Positions 36,711 through 45,713 of a stretch of DNA of 64,000 nt are shown piece by piece (position 1 is the first letter of the stretch; each line of letters starts with the position of its first letter). A program made the position numbers and the translations under genes. Source of the stretch: an uncultured bacterium (lineage in GTDB: Bacteria > Abyssobacteria > SURF-5); assembly GCA_964607485.1 (NCBI GenBank), contig CAZSKP010000018.1, forward strand, positions 1-64,000. Reading direction: 5' to 3'. Under the pieces are notes generated by a model. The model ran no database searches and was not told the DNA's origin. It saw only the letters and a program-made list of their open reading frames with translations.

Positions 36711-39119
36711 TCACGACCTCAGCTTCGCATCGAACCGCCCCTCGAGCTCTGCAACGATTCTCTCCATGGCGGCGGTGATTTCCTCGTCGGTCAGCGTGCG
36801 CTCGTCGCTCTGGAATCTGAGGCCGAACGCCAGGCTTTTCTTGCCTTCGGCCACCTGCTTTCCGCGGTACACGTCGAACAGGAGCACGCGCCTGAGTATC
36901 TCGCCCCCGGCTGCGATTATCGCCGAGTTGAGCGCTGCCGCCTCGACGGCTTCGTCCACGACCACGGCCAAATCGCGGTCGGAGTATGGGAAACGGGAGA
37001 GCTTCTCATATCGACGCGCGGCTGCTGGCCGGGGTTCGAGCGCGGAGAGGTCTATCTCAAACAGAGAGACCTGTTGCTCGATTTCATATTTCTGCAGAAG
37101 GCGGGGATGGACGCTGCCGATCCTGCCGATGGGTTTCCCGCCCACCACAATGTCGGCGCAGACGCCAGGGTGAAAACATGGATATGACGCCTTCACCGTC
37201 TCGGGCGCGGCACAGCCCATCGATTCCAGAAGCGTCTCGGCGACGCCTTTCATATCGAAGAAGTCGACCTCCGTGGGCTGGTTCCTCCAGCTCACCGGAC
37301 GCGAGCGGCCGGTGGCCGCGGCGCAGACGAACGCGCGCTCATCCGGCAGAGGCTCCTTCGGGGCGGGCCGGTACACTTTGCCCGCCTCGAAAAGTTTCAG
37401 GTTCTTGTTGCCCGCGTTGATGTTGTTTCGCAGGCTCTGAAGCAGGCCTGGAACGAGAGACGTGCGCATCACGCTTTCGTCCTCGGCCAGAGGGTTCTTC
37501 ATCTTTATCGGCTCGATGTGAGGCTCAATCCGGCCGTCGGAGAAGTCCACCATATCTGCGGGCGAGCCAAAGCTGAACGTTATGACCTCCGAAAAACCGC
37601 AACTCCTGAGAACGGCCCTGCACTCGTCCTCGCGCGGGCGAGGCTGCACGCCGCGCTCGATTGCCGTGCTGTCTTGCGGGTACGTGGCCGGGATGTTGTC
37701 GTAGCCATACACGCGCGCAACTTCCTCGATGAGGTCGATTTCGGCGCCGACGTCGGGCCGGTGGCTGGGCACGCCGACGCGCACCGTCTCGACATCCTTG
37801 GAGATGATGTTGAAGCCGAGCGAAGACAGGATAGATGCCGCAGTGTCCAGAGGTATCTCGACTCCCAGTATCCTCTTGATGCGACTGTGCCTCAGGTCGA
37901 TTTCCAGAGGGGCGAATGTGCGCGGATATTGGTCGATCCGACCGGGGGCTACCTTTCCACCGGCGAGCTCGGCCATCAGCACGGCCGCGCGGTCGAGGGC
38001 GAGGGTAACCATTTCATAGTCCGCCCCCCGCTCGAACCGGTAGGACGCCTCGGTTGAAAGGCCGAGCGCCTTCGACGTCCTCCTGACGCTGACCGGGTCG
38101 AAATAGGCGGATTCGATGAGCACGCTCTTCGTCTGGTCGGTCACCTCGGAGTTGGCGCCCCCCATGACGCCCGCTATCGCGACCGGTTTTTCGGCGTCGG
38201 CAATGACGAGCATGTCTTCGGAAAGGTCGCGGCCGGCGCCGTCGAGGGTGACGATGGATTCGTCCTTGCGCGCGCGTCTCACGACGATTTTGTTCTCGTC
38301 GAGCTTATGGTAATCGAACGCGTGGAGCGGATGTCCGAGTTCGATGAGGACATAGTTGGTCACATCCACGACGTTATTGAGAGGCCGAAGCCCGGCCTTC
38401 AGGAGCCTCTGCTGCATCCACGCCGGCGAAGGGCCGATAGTGACATCGGAGACGATACGCGCCGCATAACGGGGGCAGCCGGTGTCGTCGTCAATGGTGA
38501 TAGAGGTCAACGAGGCCGTGTCGGGGCCGGCTTCGGGCACGTCCACCTGTGGAGGTCGTATCTGTTCGCGAGCCAGCGCTGCCACCTCGCGGGCAACGCC
38601 CAGCATGCTGAGGCAATCGGGCCGGTTGGGGGTGATGCCCAGTTCCAACACGACGTCGGCGAGGCCCAGCGCCTCCTCCAGGCTCGCGCCCAGGGGGACA
38701 TCGGGCGGGAGAATCATTATGCCGGAATGATCTTCGCTGAGTCCGAGTTCGCGTTCGGAGCACATCATTCCCTCGGACACCTGGCCGCGAATCTTCGTCT
38801 TCTTGACTTTCATCCCGCCGGCAAGCGTGGCGCCCACTACCGCGACCGCAACCCTGTCCCCCTCCTTCATGTTGGACGCGCCGCAGACGATATGGGCGGG
38901 GGATGGCCGGCCGAAATCGACATCGCAAAGCACGAGCTTGTCGGCGTTGGGATGGGCGGATATTTTGAGTATGCGCCCGACGACGACCTTATCGAATTCG
39001 GGCCTCACATGCTCGACGGCCTCCACCTCCGTGCCCGCCATCGTCAGCATGCGGGTGAGTTCGTCCGGCGGGAGGTCAACCGGAACGAATTCTTTCAGCC
39101 AGTCGAGCGAAACGCGCAT
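36711..39119 (-). CDS. pheT: Phenylalanine-tRNA ligase beta subunit
   Basis: HPNADKL, ITPNRPD, NNVVDVTNY, ASYRFERG, DLIEEVAR, C-terminal FDX-ACB. Confidence 0.97.
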   Translation of the reverse strand: MRVSLDWLKEFVPVDLPPDELTRMLTMAGTEVEAVEHVRPEFDKVVVGRILKISAHPNADKLVLCDVDFGRPSPAHIVCGASNMKEGDRVAVAVVGATLAGGMKVKKTKIRGQVSEGMMCSERELGLSEDHSGIMILPPDVPLGASLEEALGLADVVLELGITPNRPDCLSMLGVAREVAALAREQIRPPQVDVPEAGPDTASLTSITIDDDTGCPRYAARIVSDVTIGPSPAWMQQRLLKAGLRPLNNVVDVTNYVLIELGHPLHAFDYHKLDENKIVVRRARKDESIVTLDGAGRDLSEDMLVIADAEKPVAIAGVMGGANSEVTDQTKSVLIESAYFDPVSVRRTSKALGLSTEASYRFERGADYEMVTLALDRAAVLMAELAGGKVAPGRIDQYPRTFAPLEIDLRHSRIKRILGVEIPLDTAASILSSLGFNIISKDVETVRVGVPSHRPDVGAEIDLIEEVARVYGYDNIPATYPQDSTAIERGVQPRPREDECRAVLRSCGFSEVITFSFGSPADMVDFSDGRIEPHIEPIKMKNPLAEDESVMRTSLVPGLLQSLRNNINAGNKNLKLFEAGKVYRPAPKEPLPDERAFVCAAATGRSRPVSWRNQPTEVDFFDMKGVAETLLESMGCAAPETVKASYPCFHPGVCADIVVGGKPIGRIGSVHPRLLQKYEIEQQVSLFEIDLSALEPRPAAARRYEKLSRFPYSDRDLAVVVDEAVEAAALNSAIIAAGGEILRRVLLFDVYRGKQVAEGKKSLAFGLRFQSDERTLTDEEITAAMERIVAELEGRFDAKLRS

Positions 39120-39171
39120 TATTCAGATCTTCCCGAGGACCGTGTGAGCTCCTCCTCGGTGACGCGGTGAA

Positions 39172-40188
39172 TCAGAACTGCTCAAGGAACCTGATATTGT
39201 TTTCGTAGAGCATTCGGATGTCTTCGACGCCGTATTTGAGCATGGCCAGTCTGTCGACGCCCATGCCGAACGCGAACCCCGTGTACTGCTCGGAGTCGTA
39301 CCCGACGGCCTCGAATACCTTCGGATGTATCATTCCTGCTCCCAATATCTCCAGCCAGCCCGTCTGGGAGCAGGTTCGGCAGCCAGCGCCGCCGCAGATG
39401 ACGCAGCGGATGTCCACCTCGGCGCTCGGCTCGGTGAACGGGAAGAAGCTCGCACGGAATCGAAGCTCCGTCTGCGGGCCGTAGAGCCTGTGGATAAACG
39501 CCTCCAATACCCCTTTCAGGTCGCCCAAGGTGATATTCTCGTCCACCGCGAAGCCCTCGACCTGGTGAAACATGGGGCTGTGCGTGACATCGTCGTCGCG
39601 GCGATATACCTTTCCCGGAGCGATTATCCTCAGGGGCGGTTTCTGGGACGACATCACTCGTATCTGAACGGGCGACGTATGGGTCCGGAGCAGAATCTCG
39701 TCGTTTATGTAGAAGGTATCCTGCATGTCCCGCGCCGGATGGTCCTTGGGCATGTTGAGCGCCTCGAAGTTATTGTATTCGGTTTCGACGTCGGGCCCGG
39801 TGGCCACCTGAAAGCCGAGGCCCTCGAATATCACCCGTATCTGCTCGAGCACGAGGGTGACGGGGTGAAGATGGCCGACCTCGGGCTTGACGCCGGGCAG
39901 CGTGACATCGACACTTTCGGTCTCGAGCCTCTTCTCGGTTTCGGCTTTCTCGAACCTCGCGCGTTTCGAGTCGATGGTCTGCTGGATTTGGGTCTTCAGC
40001 TCGTTTGCGAGCTTGCCGAAGCCAGCGCGCTCCTCCTGAGGGAGCGAGCCCGTCTGACGAAGCAGCCCGGTGACGGCTCCCTTTCGGCCGAGGTATTCCA
40101 CCTGAATCTGCGTGAGCTGGGAGAGGTCGGGGCACTTCTCTATCCTCTCGAAGGCTTCGGCTCTTATCTTTTCCAGCTGTTCTTTCAT
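39172..40188 (-). CDS. pheS: Phenylalanine-tRNA ligase alpha subunit
   Basis: HPARDMQDTF, LRTHTSPVQ, FHQVEG, FPFTEPS, GFAFGMG. Confidence 0.97.
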   Translation of the reverse strand: MKEQLEKIRAEAFERIEKCPDLSQLTQIQVEYLGRKGAVTGLLRQTGSLPQEERAGFGKLANELKTQIQQTIDSKRARFEKAETEKRLETESVDVTLPGVKPEVGHLHPVTLVLEQIRVIFEGLGFQVATGPDVETEYNNFEALNMPKDHPARDMQDTFYINDEILLRTHTSPVQIRVMSSQKPPLRIIAPGKVYRRDDDVTHSPMFHQVEGFAVDENITLGDLKGVLEAFIHRLYGPQTELRFRASFFPFTEPSAEVDIRCVICGGAGCRTCSQTGWLEILGAGMIHPKVFEAVGYDSEQYTGFAFGMGVDRLAMLKYGVEDIRMLYENNIRFLEQF

Positions 40189-40205
40189 TTAGAAAATCCG
40201 CCGCC

Positions 40206-40886
40206 TCATTCCGCAAATACCGCGGAGCCGATTCGGAGCATCGTCGAGCCTTCTTCTACGGCCACCTCGAAATCGTTGCTCATGCCCATCGAGAGCGTCT
40301 GGAAGCTCGCCCCTTCGATGTCCTTTTCCCGAAGCCCCTCGGCCAATTCGCGCAGCCGTCTGAACGCGGGCCGGGCCTCCTCGGGGTCGGGCACGAACGC
40401 GGCCATCGTCATCAATCCCTCGATGCGCAGGTTCTGCATGGAGGCGATCTCGCGTATCAGAGGCTCGGCTTCATCCGGAGAGACGCCGTGCTTTTGTTCT
40501 TCACCCGAGGTGTTGACCTCGACGAGGATAGGCATGGAGCGGCCTGCTTCGGCGCATCTCTTCTGCAGCGCCCCGGCGGTGGAGACGCTGTCAACGGACT
40601 GGACCATGTCGAACAGTTCGACGGCCTGTTTCGCCTTGCGCGATTGCAGATGGCCGACCATGTGCCATTGCACCGCCCGGCCTATCTGGGGTTGTTTCGC
40701 CGACGCCTCGCGCACCCTGTTTTCTCCGATGATGCCGACGCCGCAGTCGATTGCCTCTTTTATCTTGTCGATTCCCACGGTTTTGGTCACGACGACGAGC
40801 GTTGTTTCGGCCGGGTCTCGGCCGGCCCGTTCGGCGGCCCGTCCGATTCGCTCGCGGACGCGCATGAGATTCTTCCTGATACTCAT
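40206..40886 (-). CDS. yggS: YggS/PLP homeostasis protein
   Basis: LVVVTK, GENRV, HMVGHLQ, GLMTM, LSMGMSNDF, RIGSAVF. Confidence 0.92.
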   Translation of the reverse strand: MSIRKNLMRVRERIGRAAERAGRDPAETTLVVVTKTVGIDKIKEAIDCGVGIIGENRVREASAKQPQIGRAVQWHMVGHLQSRKAKQAVELFDMVQSVDSVSTAGALQKRCAEAGRSMPILVEVNTSGEEQKHGVSPDEAEPLIREIASMQNLRIEGLMTMAAFVPDPEEARPAFRRLRELAEGLREKDIEGASFQTLSMGMSNDFEVAVEEGSTMLRIGSAVFAE

Positions 40887-41046
40887 CGTCGATTGACGTT
40901 TGACGCACGGAGACATCGCTGAGAAGCGCGGGCCGACGTATCCGCCCGGAGTTCGAAGCATGGCCCGCTTTTTCGAGTTCGACTATGTGCAGCAGGCATT
41001 GAGACCGGGGTCGTTTCAGCTTCGTTCCGAATCGGTCTGATCAGAC

Positions 41047-42126
41047 TCATTGGGAGGCGTTTTGCATTCGTTTCAACTTCACTTTGAGACGTATGACTTC
41101 CTTGGGGGCTACGACATCGCCCTCGTCGTCCTCTTTGAGGAATTCCCAGACTTTGAGAGCCTCCTTCAGCTTGCCTTCCTCTTCGAGCTTCCGCGCCTCC
41201 AGCTTCTTTCGGAGCCGGGCGATCGACCGTTTCTGCATTATGTACTTGGGAAACCTGCGGTCGTAGTCCTCGAACACTGCGAGTGCCTTTTCCTCGTCGG
41301 GCAGTCGCTCCAGAGCGAGCGCATAGGCGCGTTCGACCCATGGCTCATGCTCGTAGTTGGTCGCCTCTCCGAGGTAATAGGCCGCTTTTTCCCAATCGTT
41401 CAGCTTGCGGAAATATATCGTGAAGCCGAGTTCCGAGTAAAGCTTGGAGCTGCGGGGATTATTCTTGATACCCTTCTCCAGAAATTCTACGCCCTTGTCG
41501 ATGTATATTTGCTTTTCTTCCGCCGTATGGAACATCATCGCCACGTTATATGCGAGATGCCAGGCCCCAAGGGAGTAAGCCTCTATGAAATGAGGGTCGA
41601 GCGCGACGACCGTCTCCATCATTGGCAGCATCCGCTGGACGAGTCCCCGGTGCCAGTACTCGTCGAACTTGAGCCACAGCATATCCGCAACAAGCTTGCG
41701 GAACCCGAGGACCAAGGCTCCCACGTTGGCGCTCACGTCGGGATTCGCCCATTCGATTCCTCCCTCGATCAGCGTGACTTTGGACTGTCTGACCAAGTCC
41801 AGGAATTGCTGATACAGCCGTCCGAATTGGGGATTGTTTATCACGCGCCACTTGGCGTCGACCGAGAGATTCTCAAAATCCGGATCGAGCGAGTCGCCGA
41901 CCTCTTCGACACGCTCGAACAGGGCGACCTCCTCCGGAGCGCGGTCGTCGTTCCCCTTGACGACCCGCTGCAGTACCTGTTGCTGTACGGCCTCCTGGTT
42001 GTCGATCCACTTGAGGAACACAACCTTGGCTTGGTCGTTGTCAATGCCTGTCTGCAGGATGGAGATGGGGATCAGAAACGCGAGGGCGAGGGCGCCGAAA
42101 ACTAACCGTTCCTTCCATTTACTCAT
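41047..42126 (-). CDS. Membrane-anchored TPR-like protein associated with an ABC exporter
   Basis: N-terminal TM; GFRKLVADMLW...LDPHFIEAY; helical repeats; co-oriented with the ABC genes. Confidence 0.7.
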   Translation of the reverse strand: MSKWKERLVFGALALAFLIPISILQTGIDNDQAKVVFLKWIDNQEAVQQQVLQRVVKGNDDRAPEEVALFERVEEVGDSLDPDFENLSVDAKWRVINNPQFGRLYQQFLDLVRQSKVTLIEGGIEWANPDVSANVGALVLGFRKLVADMLWLKFDEYWHRGLVQRMLPMMETVVALDPHFIEAYSLGAWHLAYNVAMMFHTAEEKQIYIDKGVEFLEKGIKNNPRSSKLYSELGFTIYFRKLNDWEKAAYYLGEATNYEHEPWVERAYALALERLPDEEKALAVFEDYDRRFPKYIMQKRSIARLRKKLEARKLEEEGKLKEALKVWEFLKEDDEGDVVAPKEVIRLKVKLKRMQNASQ

Positions 42127-42132
42127 GTCAGG

Positions 42133-42930
42133 TCACATATCCTTCTTTCTGAACAAAATGTATCCGATCAGCAGGCCGAAGCCGGCGTACAAGAGGGCAT
42201 ATATGAATAATTTCGTCATTCCCTGGGGCACGTATGGGTCGTCGTGTATGAGCTGATTCCGCAGGTAGAAGTTGCTGAAGTTGGGGAGGATCAGGTAAAA
42301 CACCCTGATGATGGTCGACATCAGGTCCGAGGCGGCATGTTCGCTCAGGTTTCTCAGGTAGTTGACCGAATGACCGACGATGTAGATGAATATTCCGACT
42401 ATGACCGGGAGCGTCGCCGAAGTGGACAGCGTGGACACCGCGAGTGCGAGGGCGGAAAGCACGAACAACTCGAAGTAGACGAGGAGCATCGCCTTGAACG
42501 TCACGAAGGCGGTCAGGGAAAAGGTGACTCCGGTCTCTTCTATGTATCGCCTTGGCTGCAGATAGAGGATGACCAGGAACAGTATTGACATCAAGACGAT
42601 GTTCAGGATAATGGTGAGCTGGGCGCCGAGGTATTTCCCCAGCAGGTAAGTGATGCGCTTCATTGGCTTCGACAAAATCGTGTGGATGGTCCTGTTCTCG
42701 GTTTCCACGGGAATCAGGGCGCCCGCCGCGAACACCGCGATGAGCATTCCGAAAAAGGATATTGCGCTGAGGCACACGTCCTTCACCATCTTGACTTCTT
42801 CGCCGGGCGAAAGCACCGTCAGGAACGTGGAGCTCCCTATGATAAGCATTGCGAACAGCAGAAACGCAATGAGGGTTTTCCTCCTTATCGATTCACGGTA
42901 AGCGTTGAGCCCTATAACTATCGAATTCAC
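42133..42930 (-). CDS. ABC-2 type permease
   Basis: About six TM helices; ETENRTIHTILSKP..YLLGK motif. Confidence 0.85.
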   Translation of the reverse strand: MNSIVIGLNAYRESIRRKTLIAFLLFAMLIIGSSTFLTVLSPGEEVKMVKDVCLSAISFFGMLIAVFAAGALIPVETENRTIHTILSKPMKRITYLLGKYLGAQLTIILNIVLMSILFLVILYLQPRRYIEETGVTFSLTAFVTFKAMLLVYFELFVLSALALAVSTLSTSATLPVIVGIFIYIVGHSVNYLRNLSEHAASDLMSTIIRVFYLILPNFSNFYLRNQLIHDDPYVPQGMTKLFIYALLYAGFGLLIGYILFRKKDM

Positions 42931-43889
42931 GCCGTCTCCTCCTTGACAGAGCGAATGAAAAGATCTTCCAAGGACTCTTTCTTGGGCCTGACCTCTACTA
43001 TCTCCGTCGAGCTTGTCTTCAGAATATCCAGTACGTCGTAGATTCCTTGCTGCGCGGGCAAGCGTATGCTTGTGAGCCCGGTGTCACCCTCTTCGACACT
43101 GCATTTCATCGACACGAGCTTGTTTCGAGTGTCCTCCGCGAGGGAGGACACGTCTATTTCGACTGCACGGTCTTGCAGCACTAGGTCGAGCAGTCTGCCG
43201 TGTTTTATCAGCCTGCCGCGGTTGATGATGCCTACCTTGTCGCAAATCATTTCGACCTCGCTCAGTTCGTGCGAGCAGACGAAGAGCGTCTTCCCGAGGT
43301 TCCTGAGCTTTATCATGAGGTCCCGTATCTCGCGTCGCGCAATCGGGTCGAGGCCCACGGTGGGCTCGTCGAGTATCAACAGCTTCGGGTCGCTCAGGAC
43401 CGCCTGTGCCAATCCTATGCGCTGGCGCATTCCTTTTGAATAATGCTGGACGAGACGATTGGCGGCATAGTGCATTCCGACAAGCTCCAGCGCCTCGTCT
43501 ATCCTTTTTTTCAAGTTGGAGCCGCGGAGGCCGTACAGCTTTCCGTAGAAAGCAAGCACCTCTTTGCCGGTGAGAAACTCATGGAAATAGGTGCCTTCGG
43601 GCAAATATCCGATCTCAGTTTTCAGCCTGCTGTTGGCCGTTTCGGGAGCGAACACACTGTTTGAGGTGAACCGCTTCCCGAACAGCTTGCATTCGCCCGA
43701 TGTCGGAAAGAGTATCCCGAGCAGAATCTTTATGGTGGTCGTCTTTCCCGCTCCGTTCGGTCCCAAGAAACCGAATACCTCGCCCTCTTCCACGCTAAGG
43801 GCAAGATTGTCCACCGCAGTGACCGTTCGCAGTCCGAACAATGAGCGAAAAACCTTGGTCAGATCGTTAATCTCAATAGCTGTTGCCAT
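42927..43889 (-). CDS. ABC transporter ATP-binding protein
   Basis: GPNGAGKTT, YSKGMRQ, ILDEP. Confidence 0.92.
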   Translation of the reverse strand: MATAIEINDLTKVFRSLFGLRTVTAVDNLALSVEEGEVFGFLGPNGAGKTTTIKILLGILFPTSGECKLFGKRFTSNSVFAPETANSRLKTEIGYLPEGTYFHEFLTGKEVLAFYGKLYGLRGSNLKKRIDEALELVGMHYAANRLVQHYSKGMRQRIGLAQAVLSDPKLLILDEPTVGLDPIARREIRDLMIKLRNLGKTLFVCSHELSEVEMICDKVGIINRGRLIKHGRLLDLVLQDRAVEIDVSSLAEDTRNKLVSMKCSVEEGDTGLTSIRLPAQQGIYDVLDILKTSSTEIVEVRPKKESLEDLFIRSVKEETA

Positions 43890-44016
43890 AACCTACTCTT
43901 CCCCATTCAAGACATCTCATTGTATTGCGCTTGCCGCTGCTTTTCGGTAAGAAAACCACTCGCGAGACATCGAGAGTATCGGAGTGATAACCAGCGGGCC
44001 CGCTTCCGAAGAAATT

Positions 44017-44045
44017 ATTATACAGCCTGAACAGCCGGCAGTCAA
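44017..44045 (-). promoter_or_regulatory. Putative sigma70 promoter of the ABC operon
   Basis: TTGACT-N17-TATAAT on the minus strand. Confidence 0.65.
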
Positions 44046-44318
44046 GCAACTCGCGTGCGGCCTTTTATGCCGGGTTGCGTTCATAGACTCCTGGGCCTTG
44101 TCATTGCGAGAAACCGACGCCGCTGTGCAGGATTATCTGAAAATGGAGCATCCGATTCTCTCTGCCGTTCATGAAATCCCGCTTGCGCGACAATGATCAG
44201 GTGAGCACGGGAACGACAGAGTGAACATGGCAATGAGAGAGAAGGAGTGGCAATGCCGCCGGTCGGTCGCGGGCGAGGCCGCAGTGGGAAGAGGTGGCCG
44301 CGCAGTGTTGTTCACTGC

Positions 44319-44538
44319 ATGAGGAGGATGTCGATGCAAGGGTTTGTTGCGCCCCTGACGAACCTCCCAGGCGCTGGGTCGAGTGTCACGGCCGAGGCCA
44401 CACTGCGCTTGACGAATTGGGGGCTTTCGTCGGCGCCTGGGTGAGGCGTTCGGTTGTTCGTCGTTCTGCTTCAGCCTTGCTCTGACTGCCCTGTTGGAGG
44501 GGCGCAACGAATTCCTTGCACTATCTGCTCGTCCTCAT
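44319..44538 (+). ncRNA. Putative structured RNA element of unknown class
   Basis: Nested long-range helices 44335-44356/44498-44520 and 44366-44377/44430-44441, plus inner hairpins; imperfections are G-U pairs on the plus strand. Confidence 0.45.
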
Positions 44539-44686
44539 CAGGCTACTTGTAGGGGTGACACGAATATGCTCTGTTTCGCGGTCAGGATGGTATCTACCAA
44601 CATGGGCAGGTCCACAAGGTAAATCATGTCATCCTTCCAGATATCCTCCTGTTGTTTGGTGATGCTGCTCCTGTCAAGGGCGGTCG

Positions 44687-45106
44687 CTACTCTTCGCCGC
44701 CCGAGGATTTCGCTCTTTCGGCGTCTTGGTTCGGTTCGCTCTGAGCCTCTATTTGCCTGATAACTCGCTTCAGCTCGTCGTATTTTATCGGCTTGTAAAG
44801 ACACATCGTCCCCTCGAGGCTCGATTGGTCGAGATACTGATTTACATCTCCCAGCGCGGTAGTCAGGATGACGGGCGTGCGCGGCTTGAGACTCTTTATC
44901 CTGTTCAGCAGGTTGATGCAGGCGCTGTGCAGAAGGAACAGGTCGGTGATAATGAAGTCGAATGTCCACCGGCTCAGCCGGTTCATGGCCTGTTCCTCGT
45001 TCGAAGCCACCACTACATCATATCCGTCCTCTCGCAGGATTTTCGCCAGAGCCACGAGCGCGTTGCGCTCGTCATCCACGACGAGGACCCTTTTCGACGA
45101 TGACAA
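44687..45106 (-). CDS. Single-domain response regulator (CheY-like)
   Basis: RVLVVDDE, IITDLFL, ILTTA, LYKP; TTG start after an AAGGAG RBS. Confidence 0.85.
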   Translation of the reverse strand: MSSSKRVLVVDDERNALVALAKILREDGYDVVVASNEEQAMNRLSRWTFDFIITDLFLLHSACINLLNRIKSLKPRTPVILTTALGDVNQYLDQSSLEGTMCLYKPIKYDELKRVIRQIEAQSEPNQDAERAKSSGGEE

Positions 45107-45615
45107 CTCTGCTCCTTTTTCGATGAATTGGGAATTTGCCGCTGTATCTGATTGACAACAATCCGTTCTTTTCGGACAGAGCATTTAAAATGCCAACTAT
45201 CGAAGTGTTTCGGCAATCGGGAGACCTTATCTACGTAATCCTCAGTATTCCAAATATTTATGTACATAACTGAAACCCCTGAAGAGCGGTGTTCTGCTCG
45301 CATGACGAGTTCTTCCGAGCGAGTCGCCGCGAAATATTTGCATCATTTGTTTTATCATACCAAAACCCATGCAAATTTTGCATAGACACTCCATTTGTTT
45401 CGTCGCGGAGCATATGAATGAGAGCTAGGAATTGGCGTTTTTTTGGTGAAGTCAGAATTTCCTCAACGATCCCCATCGCGGCTCCTGAAAAAGTGTCTGT
45501 CCCATTTTTCCGGCGGAACCATCTGCGCGCCACACCCACAGTAATCTCGGCAAAGGTGAAGCCGGAATATGAGAGACGCCCCCGGGTCATGGCAGGGTTT
45601 GTCGGGAAAAACAAC

Positions 45616-45645
45616 TTGCAAGACGATACTGCTAAAAGGTATAAT
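45616..45645 (+). promoter_or_regulatory. Putative sigma70 promoter of the nfeD-floA operon
   Basis: TTGCAA-N18-TATAAT. Confidence 0.5.
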
Positions 45646-45713
45646 TCAAGTAACTCACGCATGATATGTCGATTCGCTGCCTGCACATCGCCGGCCGAGC
45701 CTGGTGAAGGAAT

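Noticed and set aside
39325-40896. Long antisense ORFs (this 523-aa one and similar ones opposite glgA, the kinases and the TPR genes)
   Set aside because: These are shadow ORFs expected in high-GC coding DNA; the opposite strand carries well-supported genes.
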